A stretch of DNA of 64,000 nt, taken from IMG/VR virus record IMGVR_UViG_3300027759_006101, positions 124,001 to 188,000 of that record; one strand, given 5' to 3'. Below the pieces are notes generated by a model. The model saw only the letters and a list, made by a program, of their open reading frames with translations, had not been told where the DNA came from and did no database searches. Position 1 is the stretch's first letter; each line of letters begins with the position of its first letter. Shown one piece after another: positions 49,204 to 58,238 of the stretch. The position numbers were made by a program, and so were the translations under genes.

Positions 49204-49452
49204 ATCAATAATTTCAAACCATTCGCCCTCAAAGAATCTTGATTTACATTTTTCGGTTTCTATTTCATAATGGTACTGAAAACCTGGATGCCATATAGAA
49301 GTATAACTGAAATAACCTTCGGAGCATTTATAAGTTCTAATGACATTCACTCCTTCTAAAAATTCATCTTTAATAACCTTATATTTACCCTTATATAGAT
49401 AAAGGGTTTGTGGTTTTACTGGAAAATCTACTTTTAGAAGAATGTCGTTCAT
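49195..49452 (-). CDS. hypothetical protein
   Basis: Likely start MNDILL. Confidence 0.5.
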   Translation of the reverse strand: MNDILLKVDFPVKPQTLYLYKGKYKVIKDEFLEGVNVIRTYKCSEGYFSYTSIWHPGFQYHYEIETEKCKSRFFEGEWFEIIDGG

Positions 49453-49590
49453 AATATTACCCAAGATGTGAGAAGAATGTAACGGGCATACGAACCATGT
49501 TATTTCCACTCTTCTCACATTTTTCCAGAATCACCACATTCTGAGTTTGTTCTTGATGCTGTAATCACCTTGAACAAATATAGCATATCA

Positions 49591-49827
49591 TTAATCTATG
49601 TAGTCCACAACAAGTTTTTTGGAAACTTCTTTGGTTCCATTATATGTTCTAATGAAATCAATATCACCCTCATCATTAATTTCAAGAACTAGAAATTTTG
49701 GCTCATACTTTTTTTCTTTAGTATGTTGTTCGATAAAGGCATTGAGATAACTGTAATTTTCAAAAGTCAATTTGATGATAATGTCAAAATCATCTGTGAC
49801 TTCATATAATACGTGTTTCATATACAA
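49591..49827 (-). CDS. hypothetical protein
   Basis: 78-aa ORF. Confidence 0.55.
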   Translation of the reverse strand: MYMKHVLYEVTDDFDIIIKLTFENYSYLNAFIEQHTKEKKYEPKFLVLEINDEGDIDFIRTYNGTKEVSKKLVVDYID

Positions 49828-49851
49828 GTGTACATTAAGAAAACACTATTG

Positions 49852-50448
49852 TCAAGGTTTATAATCTTTGGAGATTACTTTATTAAATTGCCTAGGGTCA
49901 TACCAATAGCATCCAACACAAGTGCCTGCATAATTAGACTCTCCAACAATCCATCCAAATGAATAACCAAGCCTTTTTGCATCGTATCTTTCATTTGTTT
50001 CCTCACACGTCTTACAATGAGTTCTCTTTGATAAATTTACGTTCCTCAATAATGGCTGAAAATCATCTTCATTTTGATTTTCTACGCTATTATAAGTATC
50101 AGAACTATATCGTCCGTCTTTATGGTCACACTCGATATTTTCTCCACCAACATCAACAACACGGCATCTTTGTTTTCTTATTGATTTGAAAATATCAGTT
50201 CGTATACGTTTTTCAATTGATGTTTCTCTATAACCATCAAGACGAATTCCTATAGTGCGATTTTTATCTTTTTCTCTATGAACAATGAAATCTTTTAATT
50301 GTCCATCAGAGCGGTTCCAATCTCCACCATTTTTAGTTTGGAATTCTACGCCGGGATATAAAGTTTCCAATTCACTATATAGCCAAAGACGAGTTTTACC
50401 ATCACTATCTGGTTGTGACGCTTGAAGAAACATTTGTACTTTTGTCAT
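49852..50448 (-). CDS. NlaIII/IceA1-like HNH restriction endonuclease
   Basis: FL...PD.DG.TR, NGG.W.R, IE.DHKDGR, DFQPL, KR..CK.C..T..R.DA and CVGCY.YDP match the IceA1/NlaIII pattern. Confidence 0.75.
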   Translation of the reverse strand: MTKVQMFLQASQPDSDGKTRLWLYSELETLYPGVEFQTKNGGDWNRSDGQLKDFIVHREKDKNRTIGIRLDGYRETSIEKRIRTDIFKSIRKQRCRVVDVGGENIECDHKDGRYSSDTYNSVENQNEDDFQPLLRNVNLSKRTHCKTCEETNERYDAKRLGYSFGWIVGESNYAGTCVGCYWYDPRQFNKVISKDYKP

Positions 50449-51139
50449 TTAATTTAGCGATTCTCTCTGTTGCTTTTGTGTAATAAGTTTCATCCAATTC
50501 ACAACCCATAAAGTTTCGTCCAGTGTTATAGCAAGCCACTGCACAAGAAGCAGAGCCAGCAAAACAATCCAAAACAGTATCGCCTTCATTGGAGTGTTTG
50601 GTAATTAAAGCTTGCAGTAAATTGAGAGGCTTTTGAGTAGGATGGAAACGGTCTCTCTCATGACAGATTGCAAACTCATAAATTCCCTTATCATATTGAG
50701 AATGAAATGTTGGTTTACTTCCTTTGATAGCAGTAAGGGCTATCTCTCTTGAATTGGTGAGATAATTAATCTTCGAATTGATAGGAACAGGATTTGTCTT
50801 TACCCATTCAATAAACCGGAGTTGCTTAAACTTGGCACTCTCAATCCAATTCTTAAGAGTCTCGATTTTCCACAAGTCATAGAAACAAATTAATGTTCCA
50901 CCTGGCTTGAGGATACGATAAGATTCTTCCATAACCTTATCAAGAACAAAGATTTCATTATCCCACTCTCCAAATTCATAGGACATCTTAAATCTTTCAA
51001 CACCCTTCTCTCCACAACTCTCGAATCCTGTTGCTCGTGAAATTGTATATGGTGGGTCAATCAAAACAAGATTTACTGATTTATCTGCAACACGAGGCAA
51101 AAAATCAAGACAAGATTCATTATTTAAAACGATAGACAT
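50405..51139 (-). CDS. N4/N6 DNA methyltransferase (beta class), likely cognate of the adjacent nuclease
   Basis: IDPPY, HPTQKP, VLDCFAGSAS; overlaps the nuclease start. Confidence 0.9.
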   Translation of the reverse strand: MSIVLNNESCLDFLPRVADKSVNLVLIDPPYTISRATGFESCGEKGVERFKMSYEFGEWDNEIFVLDKVMEESYRILKPGGTLICFYDLWKIETLKNWIESAKFKQLRFIEWVKTNPVPINSKINYLTNSREIALTAIKGSKPTFHSQYDKGIYEFAICHERDRFHPTQKPLNLLQALITKHSNEGDTVLDCFAGSASCAVACYNTGRNFMGCELDETYYTKATERIAKLNDKSTNVSSSVTTR

Positions 51140-51319
51140 TTGGCTTCCTCTTATTCATAATACGATATATCTTTAGGGTATGCAAGTTTAAAAAATTATT
51201 TGATCAATATTTTTAGGAATGGTATTTACCATTCCTTAAGAATAATTGCAAAAAAATCCCTCTTCCTATGAGCGAAGAAGAGGGATAGAACACAGAATTA
51301 TGAGCGGATTCTGTGTACT

Positions 51320-51814
51320 CTATTCTATCACAAGAAATTCAGTTGACAAGTCTTCTTTTTGGACAGGCTTTTCAGTGACAAAATAACTTTCTCGATTTAC
51401 CCAATGGCATCCAGAGATTACAACAAAGCAATCATCAGAATCAACCATTGTCCAAATGTTTTCTGGATTCTGCTTCTTTACAAATTCCCATTGGTCATCT
51501 TCAGAGTAATCGAAAGAACATCCCTCGAAACTAGTTTCCTCGAATTGATTCTTTAATGGTTTGTATTTCTCAACCCATTCATCATAGGTAAATACTCTCC
51601 TAAGAGAAAGAATATTCATCTCTGTCACTTCACAAATACCAACCTCATAATTGCCAATAAATGAATTAATATATTCTTCAGCAATCAATTTATCTTCGGT
51701 ATTGGTTGTTTGGATATACCCTTGCTTTTCAACATTTATAATTGGCTTACCGGGATATTTCCAACTAAACTTAACATTGACTTCGTAGGTTGGGGTAATA
51801 ATAGTGTTTTCCAT
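51320..51814 (-). CDS. phage protein (MENT start)
   Basis: IWTMVD...SG.HWVNR.YFVTEKP is typical of phage hypotheticals. Confidence 0.7.
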   Translation of the reverse strand: MENTIITPTYEVNVKFSWKYPGKPIINVEKQGYIQTTNTEDKLIAEEYINSFIGNYEVGICEVTEMNILSLRRVFTYDEWVEKYKPLKNQFEETSFEGCSFDYSEDDQWEFVKKQNPENIWTMVDSDDCFVVISGCHWVNRESYFVTEKPVQKEDLSTEFLVIE

Positions 51815-51914
51815 ACCTGTATTATATCATATGTTGTATGTACTGCAATAGGAAATCCCCTTCTTGTCGGAGAAGGGGATTGGTTTCACTTGTGGAGATA
51901 AGACAAGTGAAAAG

Positions 51915-51986
51915 TGGCTCCAGCAGAAGTCGAATCTGCACTCAAAATCTTAAAAGGATTCTGCTTTACCGTTAAGCTATGGAACC
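51915..51986 (-). tRNA. tRNA-Lys(TTT)
   Basis: GGTTCCA/TGGAGCC, GAATC-CTTTTAA-GATTT, GCAGATTCGACTTCTGC. Confidence 0.85.
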
Positions 51987-52116
51987 AAACTAAAAGAAAG
52001 AGGTTATGTGTTGCCTGTGATGGAGACTAGTTATCCAGAGCACAATTCCCACTTCACATTAAAAATTTCTTTCACGACAAGACTCAGATTACTCTTTTGT
52101 CTAACCTCTCTCAAAA

Positions 52117-52197
52117 TCCTCCAGACGAGATTCGAACTCGTAAGGCTTGCGCCAACGGATTTTAAGTCCGTCGTGTATACCGTTCCACCACCGGAGG
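52117..52197 (-). tRNA. tRNA-Leu(TAA)
   Basis: CCTCCGG/CTGGAGG, ACGGA-CTTAAAA-TCCGT, variable arm GGCGCAAGCC, GAGTTCGAATCTC. Confidence 0.9.
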
Positions 52198-52317
52198 ATA
52201 CGCTAATATTATACCATTAGGGTTAGCCGATTCAAGAACTATCTATACATTTATTTTTCTTTGACAAAAAAATAAAGGGATGGTATTCACCATCCCTTTT
52301 AAAATATACTAAATATT

Positions 52318-53067
52318 TTATCTAGTCCAAACCTCGAAACTGGCTCCAGAACCAGACATTCCAGTTATAGCAACACCTGAAACATATAAGTATCGTCTGT
52401 CAAGTGTTGTTAATTTTGCAGCATTTGTGTATGTGACAAGAATACCAGCAGTGTATGATAAAACAATAGCATCACTTCCGCCATCATTTGCTCTAACACA
52501 ACTTAAGCTAATTGTTCCAGTACTATTTGCTGCCCCGTATTTTCTTACTTCTAAAAGAGCACCAGCATTATCATATGTACCTGATGTTCCTGAAAATGTT
52601 CCAGCAGTATTTCTCTCGTGCAGCTTGTAAATCAATTCGTTATTGTAAGTTCTTCTATATATGTCTCTAAAGCTTGATAAGCCAGTGCCAGTTGATGTTG
52701 GTGTAGTTTGTACGAAATTTACTGTTCTACTAGTTGTTTTTGAATTAAAGTAATCTCTGAATGATTCTCCGACTACAGCATTGAAATATGAATTCAAAGC
52801 TCCTAAAGTCCCAGAATATACAGGATCAATGGTTGATGGCAAAGAAATTTCAGCACTTCTTAAAGCTTGTGAAAGTGTTAATGTAGAATCAGTATTTGCG
52901 TCAGTGCTGCTATTATCCCAAGAATCAATAATTAAGTCACGAGTTGTCTTGGTATATGAAGCAGCAGTCCCAGCTAAAAGCAACAATTCATCTTGAAATT
53001 GCTTATCAGCTAATCCCAAATTAATTGCAATACTTGTAAACACACCAGCTTGATAAACATACGGCAT
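52318..53067 (-). CDS. Thr/Ser/Gly-rich protein, possibly virion structural
   Basis: Low charge, beta-rich C-terminus. Confidence 0.55.
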   Translation of the reverse strand: MPYVYQAGVFTSIAINLGLADKQFQDELLLLAGTAASYTKTTRDLIIDSWDNSSTDANTDSTLTLSQALRSAEISLPSTIDPVYSGTLGALNSYFNAVVGESFRDYFNSKTTSRTVNFVQTTPTSTGTGLSSFRDIYRRTYNNELIYKLHERNTAGTFSGTSGTYDNAGALLEVRKYGAANSTGTISLSCVRANDGGSDAIVLSYTAGILVTYTNAAKLTTLDRRYLYVSGVAITGMSGSGASFEVWTR

Positions 53068-53229
53068 AAGTTTTTCCTCTATATGGATTTTCTTTTTTCT
53101 CTACCTCTAATCCTGTTTAAAAATATTTCTGATAAGTTTTTTTAGGAATGGTAAAGACCATTCCTCCAATAAAATGACAAAAAAATATCCCCCAAATTTC
53201 TTCGGGGGATTTTCTTGACAAAACCGAAA

Positions 53230-54375
53230 CTATGGGTTCAGTTCGTTGTAGATGCGCTTGACATCATCTTGGGTAGTATGATGAAGGAGTGTCTCAAAGG
53301 CAATCCGGGTCTGGTCATCATAGAAATCAAACTCACGTCTGATTGACATAGCCAAAGCCGGACGACGAGATGAGAACAGATGACCAACCAATTGGATAAG
53401 ATTGACCGTTTGCTTCGTCCAATCTACACTCTGAATCTTGTTGTCAAGAGGAAGAGTCAATTGGATTTCAGTCTTAGATTCCTCATCCTCATTCTCACAG
53501 TCGCAACAGTTTCCGCACTGTTCACACTCACAACACCAAGAATTGTATTCTGAATCGCAACCAGAGCAGAGGTCTTCTTCATCATCATCGTTCCAGATAT
53601 CAACATCATCATCTTGGTCAGTCTGGAAGCGTGAAGCATACAATGGGTCAGTGAGGTCGATTTCATACTCCCCAACTACCTTATACTTACAGGTGCGGAG
53701 TTTCTGGAATTCACAGTCGGTTGGAATGGATACAACGTCAGATGGATTGATTTCCACCAACATAATGTGACCATACCCACCTGAAAATTGCTTTGCATAT
53801 TCAATGGTTCCAGCGTGAAAGCCATATGAACATCCAATATTCTTATCATCGTCCACCTTGTTGCGTGGCATCTCAAGAACTGCATCTACAGTGTTGAGGA
53901 ACTTGCCAGAGTGCTTGTCGGTGTAATCTTCACGGACTGCTTTGTAAGCACAGAAATTGCCATTATCTGTGATAGGCAATGCACGATGCTCAAGGAAGGT
54001 GTACAATTCATCGACTGCACGTTTTGATGGATTGAGGTTTAACTTCAAGATAAACTTGAAGAGGTGTACACAATCCAACCCTGCCTCAAGGAACGAAAGC
54101 ACACGGGTTGCAAGAGTGGAGTGAACTGGCTCATCAAAGACGTAGAGGTTGCCATCCTTAACTTCAATGCCCTCATACTTGGCATAGAGGCTCTTAAGGC
54201 GCAATTCTGGATTGACAAAAGAGATGAATGCATCCCAGTCATTTACCTTATATGCTTCTAAAGCATTCGTGAACAATTTGTTTCCTGCGTTGATTGAATG
54301 GGACTTGCCATCCAATACTACAGTAATGAAACCTGATTGAGGGTCAGGATTTACAATACGGGCTGTAACGGTCAT
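53230..54375 (-). CDS. rIIB: rIIB-like protein
   Basis: ELY.FL...LPIT.NG.F.AYKAV..DY.D.HSG, MPR.KVDDD..CS.GFH, V.I.P.DVVSIP.D..K.R.C.Y.VV; downstream of rIIA. Confidence 0.85.
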   Translation of the reverse strand: MTVTARIVNPDPQSGFITVVLDGKSHSINAGNKLFTNALEAYKVNDWDAFISFVNPELRLKSLYAKYEGIEVKDGNLYVFDEPVHSTLATRVLSFLEAGLDCVHLFKFILKLNLNPSKRAVDELYTFLEHRALPITDNGNFCAYKAVREDYTDKHSGKFLNTVDAVLEMPRNKVDDDKNIGCSYGFHAGTIEYAKQFSGGYGHIMLVEINPSDVVSIPTDCEFQKLRTCKYKVVGEYEIDLTDPLYASRFQTDQDDDVDIWNDDDEEDLCSGCDSEYNSWCCECEQCGNCCDCENEDEESKTEIQLTLPLDNKIQSVDWTKQTVNLIQLVGHLFSSRRPALAMSIRREFDFYDDQTRIAFETLLHHTTQDDVKRIYNELNP

Positions 54376-54599
54376 AGTGTTTCTTTTTACCTTTATAACT
54401 GGAACGATATACCAGTTTACCATATCTACAATCATCTGCAAGCCAAACTCGAAAAATAAATAGTGCAAGCTCGAAAAAAATATTTTCTTGCATATATTTT
54501 TTAGGGATGGTAATTACCATCCCTTCGAAATTCTATCAAAAAAAAAGGAGGCTCGAAAGCCTCCTTTTCCTATTGGACTATTTGTTTTGAGGAAACCTA

Positions 54600-56708
54600 T
54601 TAGTCCAATAAGCCCTCACTTTTCAGATAATCTTGCGACTTAAGGTACTCATTGACAATATACCAGTACTTTTCGGTCGGAGATTCACTATAATGTGATG
54701 ATTTTTGTGAATATCCGAACAAATTACGCAAAATTGGGTATTTAATTAGGGTTTTATCTACTAATTCTATGCATTCATTGTAAATGTCAAGATACAAACC
54801 ATAACCTTGCTTCTTAAGGAATGAAACTCTTTCACCTTGGTTTGAAATGGACAAACCAGAACTGTAATACTCTGATATGATTTCCTTTAGACGGGTTAAG
54901 TCTCTGTCAGTGTCTACCATATTTTTTCTGAAGGCATATTGCCATTCATCAGACACATCAAGCGATATCAGATACTGATTGAATTTCATAATTTCTTCAT
55001 CGGTTTGATTGTAAAGCGACTGCTGGATGTAATCAGTTATCTCAATCCATCCAGAACCCAATTTTTCAATGTCGCAATACTTGACACCGTAAATGTTGTC
55101 ACATCTGATTCCTAATGTATGAGCATTGGACAGCAATTCTTTGAATGCTTCCATTGTCTTAATATTTGTACCATTAGGGTGTTTGGCTACAGGGAGGAAT
55201 CGCTTAATCTCAACATAGATTCCTTCGGATTGTTGGAGAGAAAGCGTGGTCGATTTCCAAGTGTTTCGCAAGGTGCTTTGATGGGGACAATAACTGTAGA
55301 CTTCGCTTGTGGCAAACGACCCAGCAGATTTGCCTGTGACCTTGCTGTATTGCAATGTTGATACATCGACAAAATTTGCACCCTGCCATTCTGGGTGGTT
55401 AACAATTGAATCGCAATCAGCCTTTGACGCAAAACGCAAAAGGAATCCCGACAACTTTGAATAACCAGAATTCATAATTCTCTGGCGAATCGAATTTTGA
55501 GGGACATTGCCATAGTAGGCAAATAAGGTTTGTCCCTCTACTATGTTCAGAGATGATGAATTTTTGAATGACGAACGTGCATCATTTCGGATTTCTTCTA
55601 TCTCCTTAATGGCAGGGTAATCTTTCCTGTAAAGAAGCATATTGGAATTTGTTCTATATGCTTTGCCACCATAGATTGAAATGAGATTAAAAACATCTCT
55701 TATCTGATTAGTGTTTTCAAATTCAAGAGCAAATTGATAGAAACTCTTGCATTCAGATAGTCTCTCATCAATTTGACCCTTGACTGTGGAATGAATTCCT
55801 TTCAGTGCCTCAAAGATATATTGTTTGGTCTTTGTATTCATTTCCAAAGATTCACGGGAGGCAGATGGAACAACACTACCTATCGGGGCATAGAGCTTAA
55901 CCTTTAGATTGCGGAAGCACTCTACAGTCTTGAATTCATCACTCGTCAAACCCAAATCATCAATGTGAAATGGATAGTTAACATTCCCCATTCTGACACA
56001 AGACTTTTGATTGAATCCCCAAGTGTGAATAGCATAGTCTTCAGTACTGACAACGAAAGATTTTTCGACCTGACGTTGCAACAAATTTACAACCCGGTCA
56101 TCATTCTTAACTATTGGCTGTGGGTTGAATTCTGCAAGGAACGAACCTGCTACCTCACGGAATTGGGACAGGTCGATTGTCTTAACAACGATATCAATTG
56201 CCAATCCAGTTTCAGATGTTGCTTCCTCAGATATCTTGGAAATCTTACCGATGTTGGTTTCATCAATATATGCGAGGTAAACTGACTTTACACCATTGTG
56301 ATATGACGTGATGGTGAAATCGTTTACATAACAGAATGCAGACTTGCTACCAAGACCCAACATTCCAACCTGCTCATTTGTTCCACGTTTGGTTGATTCG
56401 CCATACGAAACAAAGATATTGTAAACTTCAGACTCTGACAGACCCTTGCCAAAATCACGGATAGTCAAAGAATTCTTGAATGCTGTTGGGAATGATACCT
56501 CAATCGGTCGGCTTGGAATACCTGCATCAATGTGTGCGTCAAATGCATTTGTGCAGTATTCACGAATGATGGCAAGAGGCTTGTTGCTATACAACTGGTT
56601 GCGGAGAATGCCAAAGATATGACCAATGTTAGACTGCTTGACAGTAAAGAATGCTTCGGACTGGATGCCAGATGACTGGACTTGAATTGTCGATTCAGCG
56701 ATTTTCAT
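54600..56708 (-). CDS. rIIA: rIIA-like protein (N-terminal GHKL domain)
   Basis: LYSN..A.IREY.TNA.DAH, IRDFGKGLS, STKR..N..VG.LGLGSKSAF, PSASRESL. Confidence 0.88.
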   Translation of the reverse strand: MKIAESTIQVQSSGIQSEAFFTVKQSNIGHIFGILRNQLYSNKPLAIIREYCTNAFDAHIDAGIPSRPIEVSFPTAFKNSLTIRDFGKGLSESEVYNIFVSYGESTKRGTNEQVGMLGLGSKSAFCYVNDFTITSYHNGVKSVYLAYIDETNIGKISKISEEATSETGLAIDIVVKTIDLSQFREVAGSFLAEFNPQPIVKNDDRVVNLLQRQVEKSFVVSTEDYAIHTWGFNQKSCVRMGNVNYPFHIDDLGLTSDEFKTVECFRNLKVKLYAPIGSVVPSASRESLEMNTKTKQYIFEALKGIHSTVKGQIDERLSECKSFYQFALEFENTNQIRDVFNLISIYGGKAYRTNSNMLLYRKDYPAIKEIEEIRNDARSSFKNSSSLNIVEGQTLFAYYGNVPQNSIRQRIMNSGYSKLSGFLLRFASKADCDSIVNHPEWQGANFVDVSTLQYSKVTGKSAGSFATSEVYSYCPHQSTLRNTWKSTTLSLQQSEGIYVEIKRFLPVAKHPNGTNIKTMEAFKELLSNAHTLGIRCDNIYGVKYCDIEKLGSGWIEITDYIQQSLYNQTDEEIMKFNQYLISLDVSDEWQYAFRKNMVDTDRDLTRLKEIISEYYSSGLSISNQGERVSFLKKQGYGLYLDIYNECIELVDKTLIKYPILRNLFGYSQKSSHYSESPTEKYWYIVNEYLKSQDYLKSEGLLD

Positions 56709-56921
56709 AATAGGTTTCCTCACTAGAATATTACCATCTGTGTATATGGTGTGCAAGTACTATATTTGAAATAAAAAAAATTGACAAATTTTTTTAGGTC
56801 TGGTGTCTACCAGACCTGTCATAGAATGTCAAATTATTTTTTTAGCTGCATTTAAGCACAAATAAGGACGCTATAAGAGCATTTAGTGCAATTATAACGT
56901 CCTTATTGGAAGATTTGTGGG

Positions 56922-58238
56922 CTAAACGCCCACAAACTGGTATTGTCGTGAGACCTTTTCTTCCATTTGGTTTGCTCTAGCGTCAATTAGACCCCATCGC
57001 TTGGAAATCTCTTCCAATGAAGAATCAATGGATGGTGCAAGTATCTTGCTTGCTAAGGTTTCCATCTCTTCACGGGTTGCCCCGGTGTAATCTTGGGCAG
57101 AGCGGGTCAAGCCATTGATGATACCAAAGGCAGACTTTTCGTGAACATCGCCGTGGCGTTCGTGCAAGGAATCCAAGTAGCCCTTGTGCCAGAGTTTACC
57201 CTGTTCGATGGTCATCTTTTCATCCCTAGCCAACTGAGCAATTACAGCAACAGGGTTCTTAACCTTGACTTGCTTTGCATATCCTAACAAGGTCAACATA
57301 TCATTGCCTTGTGTCAATGCAACCTTGATTGCTTGGGTAACTTGCAATTGAAGGTCTCCAAGGTCAATCTTACCCATATGGCGTTGGTTGACGTTGATTT
57401 CTGAATTCATACGTCCCCATATCATACCATTGAGGCAGATTGCTCTAAACAGGAAAGGCGAAATCTTGAATGTTGAATTACGAATCTCACTGTTCTTGAA
57501 TGCAATGCCCACGCCATAGTCAGAGTCTGGTTCACTCTTCATATAGTCTGGCAAGAGGATGTTCCCATAGATATCATCACCATCATTGAAGAGGTGTGAA
57601 GCAAGAGCATCATTCAAAGATGGCAGAGCATTGGCTACCATTTCCATTGCTTCGTGATTGTCAATCACGCCGTATCGTTCTGATACAATAGCCCGGATAA
57701 CATCGTTACCATCATCATCGTGACGGATGCGGACATTAAAGGAACGCTTTTCCTTACCCTTGTTATTCCAGTCAGTTTCACGGCGGTCTAAGTCTGCATT
57801 GACAAACTTGACCAAGTCATCGTTGTATTCCCTTTCCTTGAGAAAGTTAACCATTGACGATGGAATGTCTGTGAACATACGTAAGGAATTGATACCTGAA
57901 TCGGTAAGAGGTGTACCGTCAATCAAGGTTTCAACATCCTTGAGGCGAATTTCTGATTCTGGCTTGATTACATCTACCTTGTTGGTCGATTGTGACTTAA
58001 TTGTTTCGATGAAATCGGCAAGCGGTGTACATTTAGCCTGCCATTGCTTGGCAACGTGGCGGTGTGATGCAGAGGACTGAAGCCCAATGGCATTCACCCA
58101 ATTACCACTAGCATCTTGCTTGGCTACAGCACCTTCACGGGGTTGAAGGGACTGGGCATTGGTGAAAACAGAGGTGTTTGGTGTGACCTTGACTGGTGCA
58201 TCGTCCAGTTCAAGGAACGATTTAGGTGTATTCGACAT
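56922..58238 (-). CDS. DUF932/DUF945-like protein
   Basis: IRAIVSERY..IDN, NSE, FR.ICLNGMI, H.G, INGLT. Confidence 0.7.
   Translation of the reverse strand: MSNTPKSFLELDDAPVKVTPNTSVFTNAQSLQPREGAVAKQDASGNWVNAIGLQSSASHRHVAKQWQAKCTPLADFIETIKSQSTNKVDVIKPESEIRLKDVETLIDGTPLTDSGINSLRMFTDIPSSMVNFLKEREYNDDLVKFVNADLDRRETDWNNKGKEKRSFNVRIRHDDDGNDVIRAIVSERYGVIDNHEAMEMVANALPSLNDALASHLFNDGDDIYGNILLPDYMKSEPDSDYGVGIAFKNSEIRNSTFKISPFLFRAICLNGMIWGRMNSEINVNQRHMGKIDLGDLQLQVTQAIKVALTQGNDMLTLLGYAKQVKVKNPVAVIAQLARDEKMTIEQGKLWHKGYLDSLHERHGDVHEKSAFGIINGLTRSAQDYTGATREEMETLASKILAPSIDSSLEEISKRWGLIDARANQMEEKVSRQYQFVGV

Larger units (their letters stand above)
30248..56832. repeat. dispersed family of >=27 symmetric 51-52-bp elements TTGACA-N9-AGGnnnGGT-N3/4-ACCnnnCCT-N9-TGTCAA
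   Basis: Inner palindromes start at 30263, 30899, 31580, 32369, 32808, 33434, 34053, 35129, 35675, 37058, 37529, 38747, 39833, 40393, 41249, 41904, 42403, 44151, 45815, 47046, 47734, 48236, 51215, 52276, 53144, 54503 and 56796; divergent copies at 58392 and 60017; all lie between cassettes. Confidence 0.92.

Noticed and set aside
30263-56817. Inner palindromes as plain rho-independent terminators
   Set aside because: Most lack an adjacent U-tract, separate canonical terminators lie beside them, and the fixed 9-bp spacing to the outer boxes would be unexplained; not fully excluded for the divergent 58392 copy
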